DNA of 64,000 bases from Methanotrichaceae archaeon. Its GTDB lineage: Archaea; Halobacteriota; Methanosarcinia; Methanotrichales; Methanotrichaceae. Of the stretch, positions 21,250 to 31,436 are shown in pieces. Location: assembly GCA_963748825.1 (NCBI GenBank), contig CAVVKN010000023.1:250248-314247 (forward strand). Direction: 5' to 3'. The position numbers were made by a program, and so were the translations under genes. The stretch's first letter is position 1. Each line of letters starts with the position of its first letter. A model generated the notes under the pieces. That model ran no database searches, had not been told where the DNA came from, and saw nothing but the letters and a program-made list of their open reading frames with translations.

Positions 21250-22051
21250 TCGCGAGAGGTTTGAAGAAGACTATTGTGACTGGATCCGGCTCATGTCACG
21301 GGACGCGGCCTGCCGGCTCTCCGCCCTGCCTCTTCCCGAGCAGAAGAGAATTCTGAAGGCTTACGAGGACTTCAAAGACCCAGGCCTTGTCTTTCGCGAA
21401 CTGTCCCAGGCAGAGCGAGTAAGGAGCCTGGCAGGGGAGCGAATTTCCTCCTTCATCGTAGTAGAAACAAGCTCGATCACCTTCTTTCCATCTGTCTGCA
21501 GTCATATTCCCGGCGCGCTTGATTATGCCGTGGCCATGAACAGACGACTTTTTTGCCGCAACCTGTGGTTTCCGATCATTTCTATTAACTCCGAATATAT
21601 CCTTCAGAGTCCCGACCACACCCTGGCCTTCGCTCTGGAGCACGAGTTTGAGATGAGCCGCATCTATCAGGAAATATCCTCACGCCTGAACGCGATCTCC
21701 CCTGATGAAAAACGCGATATAATGATCTCCGCTCGGGAAATCTCCCAAAAGAAGCTGACGATAACTCCAGAGGAACTGATAGAAGACGAGCGTCTCATGC
21801 ATCAGCTCTCGCTGTCTTCTCCGCTTCTGCCAAAAGCCTATGCGGAAATGGCCCTGCTCCATTATCTTGAGGCAAATTTCCCCCGCCTGGAGCCCTTTGG
21901 CCAGAAAAGTGCAAGCCCCGAAGAGGAAGCCCTCGGCGAGGAGCTGGCAGAGGAGTTTTCAAGTTGGTCGGAGTTCTCGGCAAAGACCTATGAGCTTTTC
22001 GTGCGGGAGATTGCCGCCAACCAGAGAGATGCAAACCATGGCTACGCCTGA
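21236..22051 (+). CDS. Hypothetical protein
   Basis: 271 aa ORF overlapping the preceding gene; LEHEFE motif. Confidence 0.75.
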   Translation: MPKDDRERFEEDYCDWIRLMSRDAACRLSALPLPEQKRILKAYEDFKDPGLVFRELSQAERVRSLAGERISSFIVVETSSITFFPSVCSHIPGALDYAVAMNRRLFCRNLWFPIISINSEYILQSPDHTLAFALEHEFEMSRIYQEISSRLNAISPDEKRDIMISAREISQKKLTITPEELIEDERLMHQLSLSSPLLPKAYAEMALLHYLEANFPRLEPFGQKSASPEEEALGEELAEEFSSWSEFSAKTYELFVREIAANQRDANHGYA

Positions 22052-22131
22052 AAGCCGGGACTAGCCAGGAAGTATTTATATAGTGATCACCATCAATTCC
22101 TGGTCATTACAATCCTTAAGGAGATTTCAAT

Positions 22132-23427
22132 TTGGCAAAATCCGATATCAAATCTGAGGCTAGTTCAGATCCCAAAGCCGAGGCGAAGAAGCCTGCGGCC
22201 CCTAAACCGGAGGTCAACATCGGCATGGTGGGCCATGTCGATCACGGCAAAACCACCCTTGTAAAGTCACTCTCAGGCGTCTGGACCGATCAGCACAGCG
22301 AGGAAGTTAAAAGGGGCATCTCCATCCGCCTGGGTTATGCAGATGCAACCTTCCGAAAATGCCCAAGCTGTCCCGAACCGGATGCTTACACCGTGGAGGA
22401 GATTTGCTCCCACTGCGGCACAGAGACACAGGTTTTGCGCACCGTTTCTTTCGTAGACTCGCCGGGCCACGAAACGCTCATGGCTACCATGCTCTGCGGA
22501 GCGGCGATCATGGACGGAGCCGTGCTGGTCATCTCAGCCAATGAGCCCTGCCCCCAGCCCCAGACCAAAGAGCACCTTATGGCCCTCAACATCACGGGCA
22601 TAGACAAAATCGTGATAGTGCAAAATAAGATAGATCTCATGTCCAGAGAACAGGTAATGGAGCACTATCGCCAGATCAAGGATTTCGTAAAGGGAACTGT
22701 GGCCGAGAATGCGCCCATTGTACCTATTTCCGCCCAGCAGAACCTCAACGTCGACATGGTCATTGAGGCCGTCGAGAAGGTCATTCCAACCCCGCCCCGA
22801 GACGTCAAAAAGCCGGCTCTTCTGAAGATTGCTCGCTCCTTCGACATCAATCGGCCGGGCGCTACCCCCGAAGCCCTTAAAGGCGGAGTCATCGGCGGCT
22901 CTCTCAGCCAGGGCGTCATGCATACGGGCGACAAGATAGAGATCTGTCCGGGTCGACTCGTGGAATACGAGGGCAGGAAACAATGGGTACCCATCCAGAC
23001 CAAAGTGGTTACACTGCTGGCTGGAAAACAGGTTCAGGAAGAGATCACTCCCGGAGGCCTGATGGGCGTGGGCACTCTGCTCGACCCCATCATGACCAAG
23101 AGCGATGCTCTGGTGGGACAGGTAGCAGGAGCGCCTGGCAAGCTTCCGCCCGCGAGGTCCTCATTTACCATGAATATGCGGCTTTTGGAGCGCGTCGTTG
23201 GAGTCACGGACGAGTCTTCTGTCGAGCCCATCCACTCCAGCGAACCCTTGATGCTCAATGTCGGCACGGCCACAACCGTAGGTGTTGTAACCAGCGCTCG
23301 TGAGGGCGGCATTGTTCAGGTGCAGCTCAAGAGGCCTGTATGCGCCGACAAAGGTGAACGTGTGGCGGTTAGCAGGCGAATTGGTGCCAGATGGCGTCTC
23401 ATTGGCGTTGGCACCATAACCGAGTAG
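22132..23427 (+). CDS. eif2g: Translation initiation factor 2 gamma subunit
   Basis: [18 protein letters not shown], zinc knuckle, DSPGHE, NKID, WRLIG. Confidence 0.97.
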   Translation: MAKSDIKSEASSDPKAEAKKPAAPKPEVNIGMVGHVDHGKTTLVKSLSGVWTDQHSEEVKRGISIRLGYADATFRKCPSCPEPDAYTVEEICSHCGTETQVLRTVSFVDSPGHETLMATMLCGAAIMDGAVLVISANEPCPQPQTKEHLMALNITGIDKIVIVQNKIDLMSREQVMEHYRQIKDFVKGTVAENAPIVPISAQQNLNVDMVIEAVEKVIPTPPRDVKKPALLKIARSFDINRPGATPEALKGGVIGGSLSQGVMHTGDKIEICPGRLVEYEGRKQWVPIQTKVVTLLAGKQVQEEITPGGLMGVGTLLDPIMTKSDALVGQVAGAPGKLPPARSSFTMNMRLLERVVGVTDESSVEPIHSSEPLMLNVGTATTVGVVTSAREGGIVQVQLKRPVCADKGERVAVSRRIGARWRLIGVGTITE

Positions 23428-23428
23428 C

Positions 23429-23839
23429 ATGAAGGCATACATTGATACCAGTAGCGTAAAGGTCGTCCTCGATACCAACGCATTGATGGTGCCCGAGCAG
23501 TTCGGTGTGGACATCTTCAGCGAGCTCTTGCGCCTGGGGTATGCAGAGTGGCTGGTCCCGGCCTCTGTCCTGGGAGAGCTTCGCTCGCTGGCAACGCGGG
23601 CCGACAAAGGAAAAGATAAGATTGCCGCCCGCGTGGCACTGAGTCTGGCTGAGGGCTGCAATGCCGTTGGGGTGGACAATTATAATGCCGATCAGGCAAT
23701 CATTGAGCTTGCCCTAGAGACGGGCGCCGCTGTCTTTACTAATGACAAAGCTTTAAAGAAAAGGTTATTTAGTAAAGGCATCACCGTAGTATACCTGCGC
23801 CAGGGGCAATATCTAGAGGCGTCGAAGAAGGAGTACTAG
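23429..23839 (+). CDS. PIN-domain protein (Fcf1-like)
   Basis: VVLDTNAL, ADQAI, TND; conserved position after aIF2-gamma. Confidence 0.9.
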   Translation: MKAYIDTSSVKVVLDTNALMVPEQFGVDIFSELLRLGYAEWLVPASVLGELRSLATRADKGKDKIAARVALSLAEGCNAVGVDNYNADQAIIELALETGAAVFTNDKALKKRLFSKGITVVYLRQGQYLEASKKEY

Positions 23840-24415
23840 ATGTATAAGAAGATGAAGCTTAAGGGTGTGGCCAAGATAGAACCGGATCATCTGGGTGATC
23901 CCCTCGAGGCGGCAGTGGACAAGTCACTGCGCGACAAATACGAGGCAGTAGTTGACAAGTCATTGGGAACCATCGTGGCCGTACTCGGAGCAGATGACAT
24001 TGGAGAAGGTCACATCCTGGCAGGGGATGGGTCTATTTACTACGAAGTCAATTTTGATGCCCTCGTCTTTAAGCCCGAGATGCAGGAGATCATCGAAGGC
24101 GAGGTAGTGGAGATAGTTAAATTCGGAGCTTTTCTCTCCTTAGGACCATTCGATGGCCTTCTGCACGTCAGCCAGATCACCAATGAGTATATATCTTATG
24201 ATGAAAAGAACGCGCGGCTGGTCAGCAAAGAGTCGAACAAGTCCCTCGGAGAAGGAGATAAGGTTCGAGCCAGGGTTATAGCCGTAAGCCTGAATGAGAA
24301 AGAGCCTCGCGAGAGCAAGATTGGTCTTACCATGAGGCAAACAGGCCTGGGACGGCTGGAGTGGCTAGAGGGCAATACCAATGTCGAAGTAAGTGTTGAG
24401 GCTGAGGTGAAATGA
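23840..24415 (+). CDS. rpoE1: RNA polymerase subunit Rpo7 (E')
   Basis: GDG-x-x-Y, EGEVVEIVKFGAF, DGLLHVSQI S1 domain, LTMRQ-x-GLG. Confidence 0.96.
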   Translation: MYKKMKLKGVAKIEPDHLGDPLEAAVDKSLRDKYEAVVDKSLGTIVAVLGADDIGEGHILAGDGSIYYEVNFDALVFKPEMQEIIEGEVVEIVKFGAFLSLGPFDGLLHVSQITNEYISYDEKNARLVSKESNKSLGEGDKVRARVIAVSLNEKEPRESKIGLTMRQTGLGRLEWLEGNTNVEVSVEAEVK

Positions 24416-24597
24416 CAGAGCAGGCATGCAGAGAATGTCGCAGAATCGTTGAGGGTCAGGTCTGTCCCATCTGTAATTCAGCCTCGCTCAGCAAGGACTG
24501 GAGCGGATATGTCGTGATCATCGATCCCAAGGAATCGATCCTCGCGCAAAAGCTGGAGATTACCCTTCCCGGCAGATATGCTTTGAAGGTGCGTTAG
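24412..24597 (+). CDS. spt4: Transcription elongation factor Spt4 (RpoE'')
   Basis: ACREC...CPIC...DWSG...PGRYALKV. Confidence 0.95.
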   Translation: MTEQACRECRRIVEGQVCPICNSASLSKDWSGYVVIIDPKESILAQKLEITLPGRYALKVR

Positions 24598-24599
24598 AA

Positions 24600-25130
24600 T
24601 TGCGTCTCCTCCTTCTCCCAGATGAGTTGCGCTCTTCACTGAAAGAGCCATTAGGAAGGCTATACAAGGGAAACGGTCAAGAGTGCGTAAAGGCCATGGA
24701 AAAAGAGCTTCTTTCTGCCAAGAAAGTTGCTGCGATCGGCGATATGACTGCCTTCTATCTCTTGAAGGCATCCATAGTGCCGGATCTGTTAGTCGTGGAC
24801 AATAAGACTAAGAGGATTCCGGTTTCCGATGACGTCATAGAGATGCTGGATCACGAAAGCTATAAGATAGTAAGAGTAAAAAATCCGGCGGCAACTATCA
24901 CCAAAGAGCTAATAGACCTTATATCGGAATCTCTGCATGGCACTACGCATGTTAAGATAGTAGTAGAGGGCGAAGAAGATCTGGCAACGCTTCCTGCCAT
25001 CCTCTATGCGCCGCTGGGCTCAGTGGTGGTCTACGGCCAGCCCAATGAGGGAAGCGTTCTGGTTGACGTTACTCCCGAAAGGAAGCTACATATCGAAGAA
25101 TTCATGAAGCGAATGATTGTGGAGGAATGA
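24600..25130 (+). CDS. GTP-dependent dephospho-CoA kinase (DUF359)
   Basis: LKEPLG, GD, D-x-KTKR, VEGEEDL, YGQP-x-EG. Confidence 0.9.
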   Translation: MRLLLLPDELRSSLKEPLGRLYKGNGQECVKAMEKELLSAKKVAAIGDMTAFYLLKASIVPDLLVVDNKTKRIPVSDDVIEMLDHESYKIVRVKNPAATITKELIDLISESLHGTTHVKIVVEGEEDLATLPAILYAPLGSVVVYGQPNEGSVLVDVTPERKLHIEEFMKRMIVEE

Positions 25131-25441
25131 AGTTGGATATTCAAGTAATAGAAGCAAAAAACAACACCATCTTGAATCGGCGGGAGCTTGTTTTCAAGGT
25201 TATTCACGATGAATCGACGCCATCCAGAAAGAGCGTTGTGGAGAGACTGGCAGCAACTCAAAACTCAAAGGTAGGCTTGGTCTATGTGGACAGCCTGAAG
25301 ACAGAGTTTGGAAAGCGCGAGACCATTGGATATGCCAAGATCTACGAGACTGCTGAGAGGGCCAAGGAAATAGAGAGAGCTCATATCATTGAGCGCAATA
25401 CATTCAACAAGCCACAAGAATCCAAGACGGAGGCAAGCTAG
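25127..25441 (+). CDS. rps24e: 30S ribosomal protein S24e
   Basis: N-x-ILNRRE, TPSR, T-x-FG, GYAKIY. Confidence 0.95.
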   Translation: MKLDIQVIEAKNNTILNRRELVFKVIHDESTPSRKSVVERLAATQNSKVGLVYVDSLKTEFGKRETIGYAKIYETAERAKEIERAHIIERNTFNKPQESKTEAS

Positions 25442-25627
25442 ATGGCTGCCAAGAAGGGTGCCAAGAAGGGCGCAGTTATGGGAGCCTCTAGATTTTATGA
25501 GGTAACCGGCGACTCTATCAAGTCCAAAAAGTCGGTCTGTCCCAGATGCGGCAATGGCGTATTTTTGGCCAGCCATGCCGACCGGCAAAGCTGCGGCAAG
25601 TGCGGTTATACGGAGTTCAAGAAATAG
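25442..25627 (+). CDS. rps27ae: 30S ribosomal protein S27ae
   Basis: CPRCG-x-GVFLA-x-H-x-DR-x-x-CGKCGYT. Confidence 0.95.
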   Translation: MAAKKGAKKGAVMGASRFYEVTGDSIKSKKSVCPRCGNGVFLASHADRQSCGKCGYTEFKK

Positions 25628-25737
25628 ACCTGGGGTTACACGGGTCCTGATTATTGGACCTGATTTTACTATTTTATTCGATTCACCTTTCGTTTCTACT
25701 GCAGGGTATCTATTTAAGGAGAAGATGCACAATTATA

Positions 25738-26604
25738 ATGGGTGTTTGTTTGGCTGAAATTGGTCTATCTACTTTCATAGCTCTTCTGGTAGCGTTTATT
25801 ATCTTATCCCAGGCTATAAAGATCGTTCGAGAGTATGAACGAGTGGTCATATTTCGACTGGGGCGCTTTTCCGGAGTGAAGGGTCCAGGCATATTCTTCA
25901 TCATCCCCATCATCGATCGCGTAATGCTGCTTGACCTGAGGGTCTTTACCATCGATGTGGCCAAGCAGGTGGTCATAACCAAGGATAACGTGAGCGTAGA
26001 GGTGGATGCAGTCATCTACTACCGGGTGATGGATCCCTCCCGGGCTATCATACAGGTAGAAAATTACAAGGTTGCTACCTCTTTGCTGGCACAGACCACC
26101 TTGCGAGACGTTCTCGGACAGATTGAACTGGACGATCTGCTCTCCAAGCGCGACGAATTGAACAAGAAGCTGCAGGATATTTTAGATCGGCACACTGATC
26201 CCTGGGGAATCAAGGTGACCGCGGTCACACTGCGGGATGTATCTCTGCCCGAATCGATGAGAAGAGCGATTGCCAAGCAGGCCGAATCTGAAAGAGAAAA
26301 GAGGTCACGCATCATCCTGGCCGACGGCGAGTTCCTGGCCTCCAAGACCATGACCGATGCCGCCCGGCTTTATGCGGAAGTGCCTGCCGCCCTGAAGCTG
26401 CGGGAGCTGCAGACATTGGTCGACATCGCCAGGGAGAAGACGCTCATCGTTGTCACTCCCAGTGGGGACGCCGGGGCCGGGGCTGTGGTCGGCCTGACGG
26501 CCGCTTTGAACCGGGAGCTTTCCGAGAGAGAGACATTCCGAAAAGACGAGGCTAAGAAAGATGCCTTGAGAGAAGCACAGAGCGAGGCAGGAACCAGGAG
26601 ATAA
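25738..26604 (+). CDS. Stomatin-like (slipin/SPFH) protein; start uncertain
   Basis: EYERVVIFRLG, GPGIFF, TKDNV, QTTLR, WGIKV, QAE-x-ERE. Confidence 0.93.
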   Translation: MGVCLAEIGLSTFIALLVAFIILSQAIKIVREYERVVIFRLGRFSGVKGPGIFFIIPIIDRVMLLDLRVFTIDVAKQVVITKDNVSVEVDAVIYYRVMDPSRAIIQVENYKVATSLLAQTTLRDVLGQIELDDLLSKRDELNKKLQDILDRHTDPWGIKVTAVTLRDVSLPESMRRAIAKQAESEREKRSRIILADGEFLASKTMTDAARLYAEVPAALKLRELQTLVDIAREKTLIVVTPSGDAGAGAVVGLTAALNRELSERETFRKDEAKKDALREAQSEAGTRR

Positions 26605-26611
26605 AAAACCG

Positions 26612-27966
26612 ATGGAGAAGAGCCTGTACTGCTCGGGATTTATGGGGAGAGCGGGCCCGTCCTCTCCTCCCTGGAGGCAGAGAGGAGCCTCCCTTTTCCT
26701 TTTATCGCTATTGCTGTTTTTATTGCCGGCGCTTCCCATCGCTTCCGCCACATCTCCGGGCCGGTTTTGGCTGTAGAGCTGCAAGGTCCCATCACACCGG
26801 CCAGCGATGACATCGTCGGTGCTGCTTTGCAGGAGGCAGAAGCTGGCGGCTTTCAGGCTGTGATGCTCCTATTGGATACGCCGGGTGGCGGCCTGACCGA
26901 GACCTATGAGATCCTCAGGCAAATGGAAGAGACTGAGATACCCGTCATAGCCTACGTCCATCCCGAAGGTGCAGTCGCCTGGTCGGCAGGAACGCTCATC
27001 CTGATCAGCTCCGACGTGGCGGCTATGGCGCCGCACTGCATCATCGGCTCGGCTCAGCCGGTGCGGCTCTCGGCTTTGGGCGAAGCCGAGCCCATCAACG
27101 ACAGCAAGACCACCAATGCCATCGTGGCCCTGATCGAGGAGAAGGCAAGAGCTCACGGGCGAAACACGACTGCTGCCAAAGAGTTCGTAGCCTCTAATCT
27201 GAACCTGAATTCTGATGAGGCCAAAAATTATGGCGTGATCGAATACATCGCCGCCTCGCCCGAGAGCCTGGCGAGTCAGATCAACGGCAGCCGTGCCAAG
27301 AATACTACCCTGCTCACAGAGGCAGCAACGGTGCAGCTTTTTCAGCCGCCCATAAACCTGCAGCTCTTAAGGCTCCTCTCCGATCCGACTCTGGCCGGGC
27401 TGCTCATGCTGGTGGGCCTTTATGCACTCATCTTCGGCCTATCCAGCCCCGGCATCGGATCGGAGGCCCTGGGCGTGGTGGCTCTGGCTTTAGGGCTGAT
27501 TGGACTGGGTTTCAATGTGAATATCGGAGCTGTTTTTCTGCTACTGCTTGGCCTGGGGCTGATTTTGGCGGAGCTGCACAGCCATTCCTTTGGAATTTTG
27601 GCCGTGGCCGGGCTGATATGCGTAATAGTCGGCAGCATTCTCTTTGTTCCTACCAGCTTTCCCCAGTGGTATGTGCCGGGTAGCTACCAGCAGTCTATGG
27701 CCCTGGCCATCATCCTGCCCTCGCTGATCTTGGGCGCATTCCTGGCCTTTGCCATTTACAAGGTAGCAAAAGCCCGGTTAGCCCCGCCGATGCTGGGCCA
27801 CATTGTCGGTGAGGAGGCGCAGGCCATTGACAGGCTGGACCGGGAGGGCTACGTGCTCTTTCAGGGAGAGTACTGGCAGGCGAATGCGGAGGACACAGTA
27901 GAGAAGGGCGAGATAGTGGTGATCACCGGCAAGGATGGGGCCAGGCTGAAGGTGAAACGGCGATGA
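26612..27966 (+). CDS. nfeD: NfeD membrane serine protease, single frameshift near 26760 separating the signal peptide
   Basis: DTPGG, AWSAG, IGSAQP, transmembrane region and C-terminal GEYW OB-fold; classic partner of stomatin. Confidence 0.9.
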
Positions 27967-27994
27967 GATTAGAAAGAAGTTATTCTGAAGAGGT

Positions 27995-29260
27995 ATGAAA
28001 AAGATGTGCAAGATTTGGACCATAGCCCTAATTGCCTTATTGGTGACTGTAAATTGCGTCAGCGCCGGTATGGTAAGCCTGGCTTATGATGACGGCATTC
28101 CTGAAGACGGCGTTTGGATCGATGAACCAAATGGACATGCAGTAGTCTTCACAGCACCGACCGATAATTGGAGTCTGAACCGGTTGGCTGTTTTTGGAAT
28201 GCTCGCCCCGAAGCCCAAATCAGAGCTATTTGTGGTTGAGGTCTGGGATCAGAATCTGAGTCTTCTCTCCAGAACGACCGATAAAGCGAGTTCGTTCTTC
28301 GCTAGCAACCTATCCTGGTCTCTGATTGACATCCCGGAGGTCAAGGTATCTGGTGATTTTCTTATCACCTTCTTTGAGTTTGGCGGAGTATTTCTTGGAG
28401 TTGACACGGCCCCCTCATCCGGAAGGTCCCTATTAGTGGCCAGAAATCCCAGCAGGATACTTAATTGGAGTGTGCAAAACCATTCGCAAAACCGGACCAA
28501 CTGGATGATCCAGGTGGTCGGACACTCTCCAGAGCCCGGCCTAGCCCTCGAGATCCTCTCCGATACAGCCGGCGAAAAGAGCCCCGCAAAAATACGGGCG
28601 AAGGCTACAGACCACGATGGCAATCTCAAGAGCGCCACGCTTTACGTTGTAGACAACAAGACCAGAGAGATCGTCTGGTCGGAAGTAAAGGAGATGAAGG
28701 GCAGCAGCTCTGAAGCGGAGTTCTCCTGGTCGGCATCCATGTCCAGGATTTCGGCAAATGGCCAGGATGATGGCGTTTTATTCGTGATCAATAATCTGGG
28801 TGTTATGGAGAATTTGAGTAGTTTGCTAGCCTACTCTGCCCCCTGCGTCCTTCTGCTGGATAAGAACGTGAACCTCACCGCCCGAGCTTATTTCGGAGAG
28901 GATGGGCAGTTTAATGCATTGATAGATGCGTATGGATTCTCTCATTACCTGTCACAAGATGTGCTGAATATCACAGCGCCTGGCATCGATTACGAGAAGT
29001 TCGCTACGAATAATATTACCATAATCAAAGATAAGAGCAAGATCGGCTTTATCAATATGAAGGTTCCCATCAGGCAAAATGAGCAGGCATCGGAAATAAT
29101 CGGGCCGATAGTGCTCTCAGGCACTCCATCTTCCAATTACGATCTCAAATTACTGCGATCGAATGCTGGGATGGGTGAATATATTGCCATAGTCAAGGTA
29201 GAGGATCTTGCATTCAACGAATTGAGCGACATCGGGGACAGGGCAATCAGGGTGAAATGA
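27995..29260 (+). CDS. Secreted hypothetical protein
   Basis: Signal peptide, LAYDDG motif, 421 aa. Confidence 0.8.
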   Translation: MKKMCKIWTIALIALLVTVNCVSAGMVSLAYDDGIPEDGVWIDEPNGHAVVFTAPTDNWSLNRLAVFGMLAPKPKSELFVVEVWDQNLSLLSRTTDKASSFFASNLSWSLIDIPEVKVSGDFLITFFEFGGVFLGVDTAPSSGRSLLVARNPSRILNWSVQNHSQNRTNWMIQVVGHSPEPGLALEILSDTAGEKSPAKIRAKATDHDGNLKSATLYVVDNKTREIVWSEVKEMKGSSSEAEFSWSASMSRISANGQDDGVLFVINNLGVMENLSSLLAYSAPCVLLLDKNVNLTARAYFGEDGQFNALIDAYGFSHYLSQDVLNITAPGIDYEKFATNNITIIKDKSKIGFINMKVPIRQNEQASEIIGPIVLSGTPSSNYDLKLLRSNAGMGEYIAIVKVEDLAFNELSDIGDRAIRVK

Positions 29261-29592
29261 TTTCAGGGCTACCATCTGGTTTTGGTCATGATGCAATAAT
29301 TGGTTGACGTTTTGATCGCCGACTAATGCTTACGATCATGGTCAATCCAACTCTGGGATTGCTTTCGGACAAATCCGCGTGTTATGACGCTATGACCTTT
29401 GGCAGATCGGCAGATCTAAATTCCAACCCATAATTGATCCACTACCGAATTGCATAATATTACAAATAAGTATCTCAAATACTGATTTTTAAATCATTAA
29501 GCAAACTCAAAAACCTTAAATAGTTTCAGTTGCCGTAGAATCTTAAAAAATTTAAAACGCCTGCGATTTTCTTGAATGGCGTTATTGGAGGA

Positions 29593-30489
29593 ATGCGGAT
29601 GTTTGTATTAAAAGCTGATGAGCTTGGGCTGCAGAATGAAGGATTTATCGGCATGGGATGGCTGCGCGAACTGCCAGACTTCAGGGATTACACCTTTAGT
29701 ACACCCTCAATAAAGGCTCTACTCGGCAAGATTGATTTCCCTAAAGCGCCACCATCATCAATAGACTTGAGGACTTGGTGCGCTCCAATTGAAAACCAGG
29801 GCCAGCTAGGATCATGTACAGCAAACGCGGGTGTGGGCTTATTCGAGTACTTTGAGAAAAAGGCCTCTAATTCATATATCGACGCATCCCGTCTATTCCT
29901 TTACAAGACCACCAGAAATCTCATGGGTCTCACTGGCGACACCGGCGCGTACCTTAGGACGACTGCGGCAGCCATGCTCCTCTTCGGAGTTCCACCGGAA
30001 AAATACTATCAATACATAATCAGCAAGTTTGATGACGAACCGACCGCATTTTTATATGCCTTCGCCGAAAACTACAAGGCGCTTCAGTACTACCGGTACG
30101 ATCCTCCGGGAACAACCAAAGCGAAGCTGTTGACTGCCATAAAAGAAAACCTCTCTGCTGGACTGCCTTCCATGTTCGGATTCACAGTCTACAGTTCAAT
30201 CAGTCAGGCCGCTACATCGGGCTTGATACCATTACCGGCTAATGGCGAAAATGTGCTGGGAGGTCATGCCATAGATGCAGTAGGATACGATGACGCTAAG
30301 GTTATCACCAACGCCAATAACAATAAATCCACCAAAGGAGCCTTCTTGATCAGGAATAGCTGGGGCACAGGTTGGGGCAGCAAAGGATATGGCTGGTTGC
30401 CGTACGATTATGTCTTAAACGGCTTAGCCAGCGATTGGTGGTCACTGCTAAAAGCCGAATGGGTTGACTCCGGTATGTTCGGTATTTAG
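29593..30489 (+). CDS. Papain-like (C1) cysteine peptidase
   Basis: DLR, NQGQLGSCTA, SRLFLY, GGHA-x-x-x-VGY, RNSWG-x-x-WG-x-x-GY. Confidence 0.93.
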   Translation: MRMFVLKADELGLQNEGFIGMGWLRELPDFRDYTFSTPSIKALLGKIDFPKAPPSSIDLRTWCAPIENQGQLGSCTANAGVGLFEYFEKKASNSYIDASRLFLYKTTRNLMGLTGDTGAYLRTTAAAMLLFGVPPEKYYQYIISKFDDEPTAFLYAFAENYKALQYYRYDPPGTTKAKLLTAIKENLSAGLPSMFGFTVYSSISQAATSGLIPLPANGENVLGGHAIDAVGYDDAKVITNANNNKSTKGAFLIRNSWGTGWGSKGYGWLPYDYVLNGLASDWWSLLKAEWVDSGMFGI

Positions 30490-30547
30490 AAAAGATTTTT
30501 CTTATGGGATTTCAGGGGCGGTTTGGCTTTGCCCCGCCCCGCTTTTT

Positions 30548-31423
30548 TTAGCTCCTGCGGATCATGGTGCCCACGCCTTCCGTGGTGAGCAGCTCCAGCA
30601 GTATGGCGTGATGCTTTCTGCCGTCTATGATGTGGGCTTTCTCCACCCCTTCCCGCACCACGGCAACGCATGCTTCCACTTTTGGAATCATGCCGCCCTT
30701 GATGACGCCCTCCGCCACCAGACGGTCGAAGTCGGATGCCGGAAACTCGGATATGACGCTTGCCGGGTCGTCCGGATTCATGCGCACACCCTCCACATCG
30801 GTGATGGAGAAGAGCTTCTTGGCCCGCATGGCAACAGCCACAGCTCCGGCCACGGTGTCGGCATTGACATTCAGGTTATTGCCCTGGCCGTCAGCCGCTA
30901 TTGGAGAGATGACGGGGATATAGCCCTTGCCAGCCATGATCATTAGTATCTCCGGGTCCACCTTCTCCACATCGCCTACGAATCCCAGGTCCACAGGCTC
31001 CATGCCCTCTACCTTGAGCAGTGCCTTCTTCCTGGCTTTCAGGAACATGCCGTCCTGGCCGGAAAGTCCGATGCCCTTGCCTCCGTGCTTGCTGATGAGG
31101 TTGACAAGCTCCGCATTGATGTTGCCGAGCAATACCATGCGTGCGATGCCCAGTGTCTCTCTATCGGTGACACGAAGGCCCCCCACGAACTCGGCCTTCT
31201 TGCCGAACTTCTCCATGGCCTGGGAGATCTCAGGGCCGCCGCCGTGCACAATGATGGGATGGATGCCGATGTAGCGCAATAGCACAATGTCCTGGATGAA
31301 ATCCTCCAGCACGGTGCGGTCAGACATGATCGATCCGCCGATCTTGAAGACCATTATGCTGTCGTAGAACTCACGAATGTAAGGCAGAGCCTCAATGAGC
31401 ACCTGTTCTCTCTTAGCTGTCAC
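30548..31423 (-). CDS. argB: Acetylglutamate kinase
   Basis: EALPYI, KIGG, VHGGGP, GLRVT, NVNAD, GGMIPK. Confidence 0.96.
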   Translation of the reverse strand: MTAKREQVLIEALPYIREFYDSIMVFKIGGSIMSDRTVLEDFIQDIVLLRYIGIHPIIVHGGGPEISQAMEKFGKKAEFVGGLRVTDRETLGIARMVLLGNINAELVNLISKHGGKGIGLSGQDGMFLKARKKALLKVEGMEPVDLGFVGDVEKVDPEILMIMAGKGYIPVISPIAADGQGNNLNVNADTVAGAVAVAMRAKKLFSITDVEGVRMNPDDPASVISEFPASDFDRLVAEGVIKGGMIPKVEACVAVVREGVEKAHIIDGRKHHAILLELLTTEGVGTMIRRS

Positions 31424-31436
31424 AACTCATACCCCT